The notes beneath the pieces were generated by a model, which made no database searches, was not told the DNA's origin, and was given only the letters and a program-made list of their open reading frames with translations. DNA of 54,548 nt, taken from NCBI GenBank assembly GCA_964413085.1, contig CAYPRI010000002.1, forward strand, positions 7,373 to 61,920, in the 5' to 3' direction. A program made the translations under genes and the position numbers. Below, in pieces: positions 1 to 8,811 of this stretch (its first letter is position 1; the number at the start of each line of letters is the position of its first letter). This DNA comes from an uncultured Dehalococcoidales bacterium (lineage in GTDB: Bacteria > Chloroflexota > Dehalococcoidia > GIF9 > UBA5629).

Positions 1-174
1 CGGTGGGAATTGTTATAGGCATACTCGGCTTGTTTCACGTAATCCCGGTCTAGCCTAACGATAAAGAGGGGAGGAGGATTTCTTAAATTCTGGCATTACT
101 CTTTCTTAGTATTAGAACATTATTTAAGTACGCTGACGGCGGAAATATCATCAAAAGTATAGGAGGAATCATTC

Positions 175-753
175 ATGGACAAATCAGTCAAAGGCACTAA
201 AACAGAGAAGAACCTGCTTACAGCTTTTGCCGGCGAATCTCAGGCAAGAAACAGGTACACTTATTTTGCCAGCGCCGCCAGAAAAGAGGGTTTCGAGCAA
301 ATCTCAGCCATATTCACGGAAACAGCGGATAATGAAAAGGAACACGCCAAGATATTTTTTCAATATCTTGAAGGCGGCGATACCGAAATAACCGCCGCTT
401 ATCCAGCGGGTATGATCAAGGATACAAAATCGAATTTGGAAGCCGCCGCTGCCGGGGAAAATATGGAATGGACAACCATCTACGCAAATTTCGCCAAGGT
501 CGCTAAAGATGAGGGCTTTCCACAGATCGCTAACTCATTCAAACAAATCGCTGAAGTTGAAAAATTTCATGAATCCAGATATAGAAAATTGATAAACAAT
601 GTTGCCAGCGGCCAGGTTTTTAAGAAAAAAACCTCAGTTAAGTGGCATTGCCGAAACTGCGGATATGTTTTCGAGGGCACCGAGGCGCCTAAGGAATGTC
701 CGGCATGTAAGCATCCGCAGGCGTTCTACGAGCTACTGGCAGAGAACTATTAA
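175..753 (+). CDS. rbr: rubrerythrin (N-terminal ferritin-like di-iron domain plus C-terminal rubredoxin-like domain)
   Basis: 192 aa. The N-terminus [24 protein letters not shown] and the EKEHAKIF / [10 protein letters not shown] helices match rubrerythrin di-iron motifs. The C-terminus carries CRNCG...CPACKHP (two CxxC). SD AGGAGG lies about 8 nt upstream of the ATG. Confidence 0.9.
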   Translation: MDKSVKGTKTEKNLLTAFAGESQARNRYTYFASAARKEGFEQISAIFTETADNEKEHAKIFFQYLEGGDTEITAAYPAGMIKDTKSNLEAAAAGENMEWTTIYANFAKVAKDEGFPQIANSFKQIAEVEKFHESRYRKLINNVASGQVFKKKTSVKWHCRNCGYVFEGTEAPKECPACKHPQAFYELLAENY

Positions 754-796
754 GTCATACTCTGATTTTTTAAATTTCGCCTGTAAAATTCGCATA

Positions 797-825
797 TTCC
801 AGTACTTTATCCACTGTGCTATAAT
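797..825 (+). promoter_or_regulatory. putative sigma-70-type promoter with extended -10 (TGcTATAAT)
   Basis: TATAAT at 820-825 is preceded by TG at 817-818. The -35 (TTCCAG at 797-802) is weak. It sits about 95 nt upstream of the 921 ATG. Confidence 0.3.
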
Positions 826-920
826 GCGACTGGCGGTCGTGGTGTTCCTAGTAACAAGACAGCCGATACCTAGGGGGTAATTCAACTACCTCAGCTTCTG
901 GTCGTAAAGGAGGGTAATTT

Positions 921-1082
921 ATGTTGAGTGCGCCAAAGGGAATTACGTTCTGGATTGCTGTTGCCCTGGCCATAATTGGACTAATCTTCTTCTTTCTACC
1001 AATGGTGGCTGCGTACGCTTTTTGGGTTTTATTAGTCGCATTTATCATCTTGATGCTTGGTAACCTGTTAAAGGGAATGTAG
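921..1082 (+). CDS. small two-TM membrane protein (53 aa), hypothetical
   Basis: Not in the ORF track (under 60 aa). ATG at 921 is preceded by AAGGAGGG. Translation: MLSAPKGITFWIAVALAIIGLIFFFLPMVAAYAFWVLLVAFIILMLGNLLKGM. It replaces the implausible antisense track ORF 848..1048. Confidence 0.55.
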   Translation: MLSAPKGITFWIAVALAIIGLIFFFLPMVAAYAFWVLLVAFIILMLGNLLKGM

Positions 1083-1211
1083 CTGTCAAAGCACCGCTGT
1101 TAATATTTCAGAATATACGCTGACCTTTGTCAGTAAACGCCACGCCGCCAATATACACTAAAGTTTAGTCCATAGTCTGATAGGCTAAGTCAATCATCTG
1201 TAAAGGGGTAC

Positions 1212-1240
1212 TTGACGAATAACTTATCAGATGTGATAAT
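1212..1240 (+). promoter_or_regulatory. putative sigma-70-type promoter
   Basis: TTGACG (1212-1217), a 17-nt spacer, then GATAAT (1235-1240) preceded by TGT. It is about 45 nt upstream of the 1285 ATG. Confidence 0.4.
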
Positions 1241-1284
1241 GTTTTGATAGGAAGTCCCAAAAATAATATAGGAGGTGACCAAGC

Positions 1285-1659
1285 ATGGCAAAAGGCAAGA
1301 CTAACGTTCTGAGCATGGTGGGTTTCTGGGCGTTTATCGTGGGCCTGATAATTGCCCTGGTAGTGGGCATTATGTCCGGTCTAGGTATCGCGCCATCGGC
1401 GTTGATGACCGCTATCATCATCGTCCTGATTATCCTGGGTCTTATCATAGGTTTCCTGAACATAACAGCGTCAGAGATACTGCTCTTCCTGGTGGCAACT
1501 ATCGCATTGATCGTAGTCGGTAATGTGTTTGCGCCGCTGACGACATTAAAAATCGGTGCCATACTCGGCGCTATACTCAGCCTGGTGGCCACGCTGATGG
1601 CTCCGGCCGCTATCATTGCCGCCATCAAAGCCCTGTGGAAAGTCGGCAAACCGGGGTAA
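1285..1659 (+). CDS. integral membrane protein, hypothetical (about 4 TM)
   Basis: 124 aa, almost entirely hydrophobic helices. SD AGGAGGTG lies upstream of the ATG. The antisense track ORF 1227..1649 is rejected. Confidence 0.7.
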   Translation: MAKGKTNVLSMVGFWAFIVGLIIALVVGIMSGLGIAPSALMTAIIIVLIILGLIIGFLNITASEILLFLVATIALIVVGNVFAPLTTLKIGAILGAILSLVATLMAPAAIIAAIKALWKVGKPG

Positions 1660-1743
1660 CTAGTTAAAACAGCAATTGACGATAATTACAAATCACTACG
1701 CAGCATTGCCAAATAATACGTTTGCAACAAGGGGGAAATGCCT

Positions 1744-1902
1744 ATGAGCATATTGCTTATTATAGGTATTGTTATACTGGTTTTGTGGCTGCTCGGATTT
1801 ATCTTTTTCCGCAGCCTGGGATGGTTAATCCATATTGCGCTGATCATAGGACTTATCCTCCTCATCCTCTGGCTGCTGAGGAGCGTGTTCGGTCTCTTCT
1901 AG
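1744..1902 (+). CDS. lmo0937-family-like small membrane protein (52 aa)
   Basis: ATG at 1744 is preceded by AAGGGGGAAA. Translation MSILLIIGIVILVLWLLGFIFFRSLGWLIHIALIIGLILLILWLLRSVFGLF has the LWLLGF...LIH pattern of that family. The track ORF 1722..1910 is in a different frame and looks non-coding. Confidence 0.6.
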   Translation: MSILLIIGIVILVLWLLGFIFFRSLGWLIHIALIIGLILLILWLLRSVFGLF

Positions 1903-1926
1903 TTAATTAGGCTGGAAGAATATCGA

Positions 1927-1970
1927 GGCAGACCAACGTTAATAACTTAATTTCGTTGGTCTGCCTTTTC
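1927..1970 (+). terminator. Rho-independent terminator
   Basis: Perfect 12-bp stem GGCAGACCAACG / CGTTGGTCTGCC (1927-1938 and 1954-1965) followed by TTTTCTATTT. It lies between convergent genes. Confidence 0.6.
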
Positions 1971-1979
1971 TATTTCAAC

Positions 1980-2363
1980 CTACTTGAGCGCCTTCTGCAA
2001 TAACGATTTAACGACATCACCACCTTTGCTCTGGGCAAAAGCCAGAATAATCGGAATAAATTTCCCGATCATCCCGCTGTCCAGTCCCAGTTTGGAGAAG
2101 CCGCCGGCCAGACTGGCTAGATTCCCCAATTGACCAGCACCACCGCCAAGACCGGACGCCAGTTTACCGATACCTCCAAGTACGCCACCGGATTCTGGTG
2201 CAGACTTCATCAGGTCGGTGATGCCGGGCAGAGCGCCAGCTACTTTGCCAAAGTCACCTGCTCCCAACTTCTCCTTTGCCATCTTAAAAATTAGGCCCGA
2301 TCCTCCTTTAGCCGCCTCCTCGCTGACACCCAGATTTTTTACCAACTGCTCCACTAGTTCCAT
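1980..2363 (-). CDS. DUF2780-like protein, hypothetical
   Basis: 127 aa, Gly/Leu/Lys-rich. The pattern LV..L.kqLGVSeeqA.gG.G.l...AKekLg..dF is recalled from DUF2780 proteins. The call rests on motif memory only. Confidence 0.5.
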   Translation of the reverse strand: MELVEQLVKNLGVSEEAAKGGSGLIFKMAKEKLGAGDFGKVAGALPGITDLMKSAPESGGVLGGIGKLASGLGGGAGQLGNLASLAGGFSKLGLDSGMIGKFIPIILAFAQSKGGDVVKSLLQKALK

Positions 2364-2401
2364 GACTACCCTCCTCTACTTATATTTTTACCCAAGAACG
2401 C

Positions 2402-3199
2402 CTAGGCTAACTTAATTTTCTTTATCAGCTGCGAAACCGCCTTGTTAAATCGCGGTTCGAAGAAAAGAAACGGCTGGATGGGATATCTGGTGCCTTTTTC
2501 ATCGGTTTCTTTAAGCCCGGTCAGCAGGTTCTCAAGCCTCGCCGCGGGCACGGCGAAAGCCATTTCATTATCGGCAGCCATGCCAATCTGCCGTTCCCCC
2601 CTGCCCGGGACGATATATCTAGCCTTTCCCGAGATAATCGGCTCTATTAGCTCACCGATACAGGAAAGTCCCAGATGGGCCCGGGATTCTATGGCTCCGC
2701 CTTCAACATAAATCATCGACTGCACCATCCTGGCAATTTGAGCCGGGTTACCGTAGATCAAAATCACATCCGGTTCTGCGATAATGCCGGAATCTATAGG
2801 CGCCACTATAAGGCCTTTGGAATCGAATTTCTTTTCTCCGCTAAAATACGCCTGCTGCTTCAGCGAAGACCTCGCCTTGTCCTTGTTAGCTACGTAACCG
2901 GCGGAAACCATGAAGTCGGCAAGCTCTTCTTCTCGATTCAAGTTACCCAAATTTCCCCAGCCGAAGGCCAGCAGCGCTGCTGCACAGTTGACTTCCTCGG
3001 GCGTCACGGCCAGCGCCATGTTCCATCTTCTGGCTATGGTATTTATCTGGCACAGCGCCATTTTTGTCTTAAACATACTCGGCCTCATAATGCCCTGCGG
3101 AATTTCAGTAACATTTTTAATAAACTTTATGGATAGTGGACGGGTTTCGACTCTCATATATTTGAGCAGAATATCGTTAGCCTCGTTGAAATTTACCAT
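2402..3199 (-). CDS. DUF169-domain protein, hypothetical
   Basis: Start moved to the MVNFNEAN ATG (3199) because GGGGGA sits 7 nt upstream. Length (265 aa) and the early 'RPLSIKFIK' segment resemble DUF169 (COG2043) proteins. Confidence 0.55.
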   Translation of the reverse strand: MVNFNEANDILLKYMRVETRPLSIKFIKNVTEIPQGIMRPSMFKTKMALCQINTIARRWNMALAVTPEEVNCAAALLAFGWGNLGNLNREEELADFMVSAGYVANKDKARSSLKQQAYFSGEKKFDSKGLIVAPIDSGIIAEPDVILIYGNPAQIARMVQSMIYVEGGAIESRAHLGLSCIGELIEPIISGKARYIVPGRGERQIGMAADNEMAFAVPAARLENLLTGLKETDEKGTRYPIQPFLFFEPRFNKAVSQLIKKIKLA

Positions 3200-3371
3200 G
3201 GCAATGTCCCCCAATTTCTGCAGATTTGAGATTTGCAAAATTCATTGTAGCACTCAGTTTCTTTTTTCTCCAATATGCTGGAGCATCAATTTCCATGGAT
3301 AAAAATGTGTGTTCTTCTGGTGAAATCAAGACAGTAAAGCCCTATAATATAGCGTGTAAGACTCATTTAAA

Positions 3372-3740
3372 ATGATCGTCATCGTTCCTCTTGTTTTGGT
3401 GGTCGGCGTTGTGGCATGGCTACTTCGTCCGGGAAGGAGGCCGTCAAACCAGCGCAAAATTGCCATAACGGCCACTGCGATTCCTCCTTTTATTGTAGCC
3501 ATAGTTGCTGTAACCTTTCAGCTGCTGCACAATGCCGCAGGTAGAACCTGGGTATCGGATATAGCCAACACTTGCTTTATTGTCACTGTTAGCATGGTGG
3601 GTCTCGCTATCTTGGCAGTGGTTGGTTTTATTATCACACGGAAGTGGGAAATAGCCAAAGGGATAGGATTCGGTATTTGTATCGGTGTTCTTATATCAGT
3701 TATAGAGTTGGCCTTGCTAGAGCAGCTGGCCGGAATCTAA
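3372..3740 (+). CDS. membrane protein, hypothetical (4 predicted TM)
   Basis: 122 aa with four hydrophobic stretches. No family recognised. Confidence 0.5.
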   Translation: MIVIVPLVLVVGVVAWLLRPGRRPSNQRKIAITATAIPPFIVAIVAVTFQLLHNAAGRTWVSDIANTCFIVTVSMVGLAILAVVGFIITRKWEIAKGIGFGICIGVLISVIELALLEQLAGI

Positions 3741-3807
3741 TAATCGATATTTCTGATGTCAGAGGGTATATCAGTGCCGGTTTCCATTTCTGACTTAAAA
3801 AACAGAG

Positions 3808-4815
3808 CTACCAAAAAGGCACCTTAATGAAGTGGCCAAGCACGAAGTATATGTACAGTATCAGGATTAGCAGAGCTTCCAGTCTAACCAATTTGCTTCC
3901 TGTTGTGATAAATATTTGAACTATTACCCCGCTCAGAATAAGCATGGGGATATCAAAGCGCAGTACATTAGCCGATACGTTAATAGGAACGAGAAGACAG
4001 CAGAAGCCGAGTATGAATAGTGCCGTGAATATATTGGAGGCATATATTTCACCTAGAGTAATATCCGCTTTTTTCTTAGAAACCGCGGCCAGGGCAACTC
4101 CAAGTTCAGGTAGTGAAGTAAGAAATGCAAGGACCAAAACACCCAGAACCAGTTGCGATATGCCGATGCGTTCACTGATATTTTCACCGGAGCGCAGGGC
4201 CAGTTCTGCACCTACTATGATACCCAAAATGGCGAGAACGCCTAAAACGATATGCGGTAATACGTTCCCCGTCCCCCTGACAGATTTTTTACCCGTTGTG
4301 GTCGCTTGCCTGCCCCTTGCGGATCGATTGACCGCATCTTTTACCACCACAAATAGATAGGGGACGTATAGTAGCATAAGCAGAGCCCCGTCAATACGGC
4401 TCAACACACCGTCGGCAGCAAACACCAAAATAACAGCGCTTGAAAGAAGCATCCAGGTGCTTTCCCTCTCCTTTATCTCGGTGCAGATTCTCAGAGGTGA
4501 AATCAAGGCGGCGATAGCAGTAACAAAAGTCAGCGTTAAAAAATTAGCCCCAATGATGTTACCGATGGAAATATCGGATTTTCCTTGAACGGTGGCGAAG
4601 GACGATACGGCAAGTTCCGCCAGGGAGGAAAGTATGCTCACACCCAGTATGGTGATGACTAACTCCTTCACCTTGAAGTAGCGCGCCATCGGCTGGATTT
4701 CGCGGACGACCAGCTCGGAACAAAACCAGAGCAGGAGCATGCCACAAACCAGCACGAACAGCGCAGTAAACCAGTTCATGGCAATGAAATTATTTATAAA
4801 AGATAGAAGCTCCAT
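3808..4815 (-). CDS. Na+/Ca2+ (CaCA, YrbG-like) exchanger
   Basis: 335 aa polytopic protein. It has two alpha-repeat-like motifs (GNIIGANFLTLTFV and GEIYASNIFTALF) separated by a basic cytoplasmic loop. Confidence 0.8.
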   Translation of the reverse strand: MELLSFINNFIAMNWFTALFVLVCGMLLLWFCSELVVREIQPMARYFKVKELVITILGVSILSSLAELAVSSFATVQGKSDISIGNIIGANFLTLTFVTAIAALISPLRICTEIKERESTWMLLSSAVILVFAADGVLSRIDGALLMLLYVPYLFVVVKDAVNRSARGRQATTTGKKSVRGTGNVLPHIVLGVLAILGIIVGAELALRSGENISERIGISQLVLGVLVLAFLTSLPELGVALAAVSKKKADITLGEIYASNIFTALFILGFCCLLVPINVSANVLRFDIPMLILSGVIVQIFITTGSKLVRLEALLILILYIYFVLGHFIKVPFW

Positions 4816-4947
4816 TTAATGTCTCTACCTGCCAGGTAGAATACTTTATTTAAAGACTCGTTTCAAGGCTTATCTTAAACGTTTCCCCAGCCTCCTGAAC
4901 ATAGTATACTTATTGGGACTATGGCTATATAGAACAGGAGTACTAAA

Positions 4948-5922
4948 ATGATAAATGCTGCAATTGTCGGCTACGGAAATCTGGGGAAAGGCGTTAAGCG
5001 CGCTTTGGAGGCCAGTGTTGATATTAAACTGAGCGCTATATTCTCGAGGAGGGTCGACCAGCTTAAAAAAGAAATAAAAGAGGTCCCGGTGCTTGAAACC
5101 CAGAAGTTTTCCCTGCCGAAAGGTCTTAAGATAGACGTGGCTATTTTATGCGGCGGTTCCAAGGAAGATACGCCCATTCAGGGCCCTATTTTTGCCAAGC
5201 AGTTCAATACCGTTGACAGCTTCGATACACATGCCGATATCCCCCGTTATTTCCAGCAAATGGACTCCATAGCCAGGAAGAACGGGCATGTCTCAATTTT
5301 CTCTGCCGGCTGGGACCCGGGCATCTTCTCGCTGGAGCGGGTTCTGGGGGACGCTTTCCTGCCGGATAACCAGAGTTATACATTCTGGGGCCGTGGGGTC
5401 AGCCAGGGACATTCCGACGCCGCCAGAAAGGTCAAAGGCGTCATCGATGCCAGACAATATACACTGCCCATAGATAACGCTATCAATAAGGTCAGGAGTG
5501 GAGAAACTCCGGAATTTTCCAAAAAAGAAATGCATAAGCGACTGGTATATGTTGTGGCTGAGGAAAGCACCGACCGCGAGCGGATAAGAAAAGAGATCGT
5601 AGAAATGCCGAATTACTACGCCGAATACGATACCGAAGTGGTCTTCATTACTAAGGAGGAAATGCTGAAAAGCCACGCCGCCCTGCCCCATGGCGGATTT
5701 GTGCTGACATCCGGATCAACTGGTGAATATAAGCAAATTCTGGAGTATCGGTGCCAGCTGGAGAGCAACCCGGACTTTACCGGCAGCGTCCTGGTAGCCT
5801 GCGCCCGCGCTGCTTTCAGATTGCAGCAGTCCGGGTACAAAGGTGCTTTCACCATGTTGGATGTGCCGCCGGCACTATTCAGTCACCACTCCCCGGACCA
5901 GCTGAGAAGCCACTTTATGTAG
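4948..5922 (+). CDS. ddh: meso-diaminopimelate D-dehydrogenase
   Basis: 324 aa. The N-terminus AIVGYGNLGKGV...IFSRR and overall length match Ddh. SD AGGAG lies upstream. Confidence 0.85.
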   Translation: MINAAIVGYGNLGKGVKRALEASVDIKLSAIFSRRVDQLKKEIKEVPVLETQKFSLPKGLKIDVAILCGGSKEDTPIQGPIFAKQFNTVDSFDTHADIPRYFQQMDSIARKNGHVSIFSAGWDPGIFSLERVLGDAFLPDNQSYTFWGRGVSQGHSDAARKVKGVIDARQYTLPIDNAINKVRSGETPEFSKKEMHKRLVYVVAEESTDRERIRKEIVEMPNYYAEYDTEVVFITKEEMLKSHAALPHGGFVLTSGSTGEYKQILEYRCQLESNPDFTGSVLVACARAAFRLQQSGYKGAFTMLDVPPALFSHHSPDQLRSHFM

Positions 5923-6028
5923 GCGCCATAAACAATGCCTAAAAAACACGCAAAAAATGGCAGCTTGTTTGCATCCTTGAGAGATCCCCTAACAAATTAG
6001 AGCGCTAAAGGAGGCCTTTTATTTTCAA

Positions 6029-6385
6029 ATGGATTACAATATGGTTTCACTTGATTCGTTACCAGCGTATCTGATTGCCAGAATACCCGAGATATCCTTC
6101 CTCCTGTCCACGGTACTGATGTTTTTCGCCAGCGACTATATCATGGAATATCTCCTCAAAAAAAGCCTGAAGAAAATAAATTTCGTTTCCAGAACAATTA
6201 TTTTCCTGTTATATGGACTGATTATTCTTCCTGCGCTATGCACGGCTTGTGCGCTTTTCCTGCAGAATGCGATACTGTACCCATACCAGAGATGGATAGT
6301 GCTGGTATTGCTGGCTTCTTTCTTATTCGTCGGCATCATGCTCAGCATAAGATATAATATGAAAATCAGGTTTAAGGTCAAATGA
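6029..6385 (+). CDS. membrane protein, hypothetical
   Basis: 118 aa with 3-4 hydrophobic helices, in an AT-rich local region. No family recognised. Confidence 0.4.
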   Translation: MDYNMVSLDSLPAYLIARIPEISFLLSTVLMFFASDYIMEYLLKKSLKKINFVSRTIIFLLYGLIILPALCTACALFLQNAILYPYQRWIVLVLLASFLFVGIMLSIRYNMKIRFKVK

Positions 6386-6527
6386 CAGTTATTTTGCATT
6401 CGATGTAGAAATAATGCTGGAAGATGATTGCACTTATGGATTGGTGGGTGTTATAAATATACAGAAGGCCGCGCCTGATTTTAGCATTCGATGACGATCG
6501 TTTTACTATGACTGGACAATTATAGTG

Positions 6528-7673
6528 ATGCGTACCAAATATTTATCTGGGGTCCTGTCCCTGATCATTTTATTTTTCCCTTTCCAGCTTTTAGTCTTTC
6601 AACCCGATACAGTCAGAGCTGCCGGCAGTCGTACATATATTCCGACTGCAGAAATAGAACCGACGTCCGGGCCTATAGGCACGGAGATCACCCTAACCGG
6701 GGCTGGCTTTCGAACCAGCGAGGACGGCATTACCATTACTTATGACGGCGAAATAATTAAGTGCAACTTGATAGCCGATACCATTGGCAACTGGGAAAGC
6801 ACGGCGACGATCCCACCCAGCACTAAAGGGCGCCATACAGTGGGTGTTTTCGGCAGCGATTTTACGCCTAGAGGCGTCGTACGTGACAGTTATTTTGAGG
6901 TGATTCCGGAAATAGGCCTGGTTTCACAAACGTACATCGAACCAATTTCCAGAAAAACGACCATCAAGTTGACGGTAATGGGCACGGGCTTCACCGATAA
7001 TGAGTCAATAAGAATAACTTTTGACGGTCCCGAACTTGCAGCTGCAGTCGCCGACAGCTCAGGCAGTTTTAATGCAGTCTTTGAGGTCCCGCAGGTAAAG
7101 GAAACCAGAGACTACGTGATAGACGCTGCGGGTAGTGACGGCAGTTCTGCTCAGGCAAACTTCTTCGTTGAAAAGTCCCAGCTGCCGGCACCACAGCTAC
7201 TGTCACCTGTGCCGGGGGTAAAGCTTGAGATTTTCAGCTCGCCAATTGATGTGATTTGTGGGCCGGCAAGATACTTGGCAGGGATTTTTAGTTACCCGAG
7301 TGTTTCCACGCCTAAAAGCGTAAAACCGGGGCTGGCCACTTTTGTTTGGACATCGACGGCTGATTCCGGCAATGAAAGTTATGTCCTTGAGATTACCCGT
7401 ACTTATGACCTTGCATCACCCGTAGTTAAAGAGGGGCTAAGCAGTACGTCTTATACTTTATCCGGAGACGATGTTTTAACTCCCGGTGCTTATAGCTGGC
7501 GTGTAAAAACCGTTGATGACGTTGGCTATGAAAGCCAATGGTCGGAAGCCCGGAAATTCGAGGTGATCGGCGTATCTGACCGAGTTCTCACTATTTACAT
7601 AGTTGGACTAATGGTGCTAATCGGTACCTTGGTGTTTGGCATTATAGCCTGGCGGGCAAACAGCCTCAGATGA
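6528..7673 (+). CDS. secreted Ig/IPT-like repeat protein with a C-terminal TM anchor
   Basis: N-terminal signal peptide (LSLIILFFPFQLLVF...VRAAG). Two IPT/TIG-like segments (SGPIGTEITLTGAGF; TIKLTVMGTGF). An Fn3-like module with the YSWRVKTVDD...WSEARKFEV signature. C-terminal TM LTIYIVGLMVLIGTLVFGIIAW. Confidence 0.65.
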   Translation: MRTKYLSGVLSLIILFFPFQLLVFQPDTVRAAGSRTYIPTAEIEPTSGPIGTEITLTGAGFRTSEDGITITYDGEIIKCNLIADTIGNWESTATIPPSTKGRHTVGVFGSDFTPRGVVRDSYFEVIPEIGLVSQTYIEPISRKTTIKLTVMGTGFTDNESIRITFDGPELAAAVADSSGSFNAVFEVPQVKETRDYVIDAAGSDGSSAQANFFVEKSQLPAPQLLSPVPGVKLEIFSSPIDVICGPARYLAGIFSYPSVSTPKSVKPGLATFVWTSTADSGNESYVLEITRTYDLASPVVKEGLSSTSYTLSGDDVLTPGAYSWRVKTVDDVGYESQWSEARKFEVIGVSDRVLTIYIVGLMVLIGTLVFGIIAWRANSLR

Positions 7674-7679
7674 CAAAAG

Positions 7680-8315
7680 TTATCGGCCTGGCTTTCGTCT
7701 CCCGCGATTTTTAGCCTGACTCGCCTTAATTTCCTTCAATACGCGCTCCACAATGATAAAGCATATAGCAATGCCCATGACATCAGCTACCATCATCGCC
7801 GGTATAGCGGTATACGTGGCTTTCAACGCTTCATCAAAAGGACGGGCTATCCCCAGTACAGTCAAGCCGTGGACAAATTCAACGCCGACTGCCAGCAACA
7901 TAGCATGAAAGATACTTACAAGTTTCTTCTTGGCAACAAGGTAAATTAAACCGCCGATTAATCCGGCTAAAATAGTAGCGATGCCGCAGGCAACGGCGCT
8001 AAATCCGCCGAGGAGGATACGGTGTATACCACCGATTAAACCCGCTCCCAGTCCAACCAAGGGACCGGCAACCAATCCGGCAACTAGTGGACCCAGGTCT
8101 CTGATACTACTTATGGCTCCCGAAGGCAAAATAATGCCCGTGTAAGTGCCAAATACGGAAAATCCACCGAATAATAAGATGAAAATGACACTATCATACC
8201 ATCTGGCTTTCTGGACGATTACCCTTCGAACTGATTCGAGCTGGGTAACGAGCTCTATGAAGACATAAATAAAAACCTCTGTAGCTGCAAACAGGGCTAG
8301 AACCTGATGTATCAT
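7680..8315 (-). CDS. stand-alone LytS/YhcK-type 5TM receptor domain protein
   Basis: 211 aa. GPLVAGLVAGPLVGLGAGLIGGIHRILLGGFSAVACGIATILAGLIGG resembles the 5TMR-LYT sensor domain. No kinase or output domain follows, only a short basic tail. SD GAGGA lies upstream. Confidence 0.55.
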   Translation of the reverse strand: MIHQVLALFAATEVFIYVFIELVTQLESVRRVIVQKARWYDSVIFILLFGGFSVFGTYTGIILPSGAISSIRDLGPLVAGLVAGPLVGLGAGLIGGIHRILLGGFSAVACGIATILAGLIGGLIYLVAKKKLVSIFHAMLLAVGVEFVHGLTVLGIARPFDEALKATYTAIPAMMVADVMGIAICFIIVERVLKEIKASQAKNRGRRKPGR

Positions 8316-8430
8316 TTTTCATCCTCACAAATGAAACATAATTTTACCCGGTAAGCCGGATATCGAAGAAATTTAGTTTAGTCGATATTCCGCCTGCTCT
8401 AAATATAGAGCATCCCCGCTGTCAGAGGAC

Positions 8431-8476
8431 TGTTGACAGCGACTGGATTTGAACCAGTGACCAAGGGCTTATGAGT
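8431..8476 (-). pseudogene. 3'-half fragment of tRNA(CAT), from the anticodon loop to the CCA-like end
   Basis: 8437-8476 is 40/40 identical to 9947-9986 of the intact tRNA. 8431-8436 matches 4 of 6. Upstream sequence cannot form a D-arm or a 5' acceptor strand. Confidence 0.8.
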
Positions 8477-8590
8477 TCCTACTTACTTACCGAATTTTAA
8501 GACAAACGATAATATAGGCACAACACCGTGTCTAACGGATGACGTATATGCGAAGTTGGTGTAGGACCGAAGCTGCGATAAACTGACGAA

Positions 8591-8740
8591 CTAAGCCTTT
8601 TTGCCTACCAACGTGATAATACCCCAAACGATTAGGAAGATTCCAACTATCCACTGCAATGCGGAAAACCAGAATAGACAGAGAAGACCGGCCACGATGG
8701 CTATAACGCCCAGCACCCACTTGCTCAGATTAAGTGACAT
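8591..8740 (-). CDS. small two-TM membrane protein (49 aa), hypothetical
   Basis: ATG (complement of 8738-8740) is preceded by AAGGAGGGTG. Translation: MSLNLSKWVLGVIAIVAGLLCLFWFSALQWIVGIFLIVWGIITLVGKKA. It replaces track ORF 8532..8720, which is in another frame. Confidence 0.5.
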   Translation of the reverse strand: MSLNLSKWVLGVIAIVAGLLCLFWFSALQWIVGIFLIVWGIITLVGKKA

Positions 8741-8811
8741 AACTACACCCTCCTTATATTGATTTTATTGATGCCATCAGACATCCTTAAATTAGCTTAT
8801 GAAACAATCTA

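Noticed and set aside
826-905. A leader upstream of the 53-aa membrane gene with faint resemblance to a fluoride (crcB-motif) riboswitch (GGTGTTCCTA ... GCCGATACCTAGG).
   Set aside because: The conserved AACCGCC and CUGAUGAUGCCUAC elements are not matched well. I could not draw the pseudoknot by eye. Neither downstream membrane protein looks like CrcB or EriC-F.
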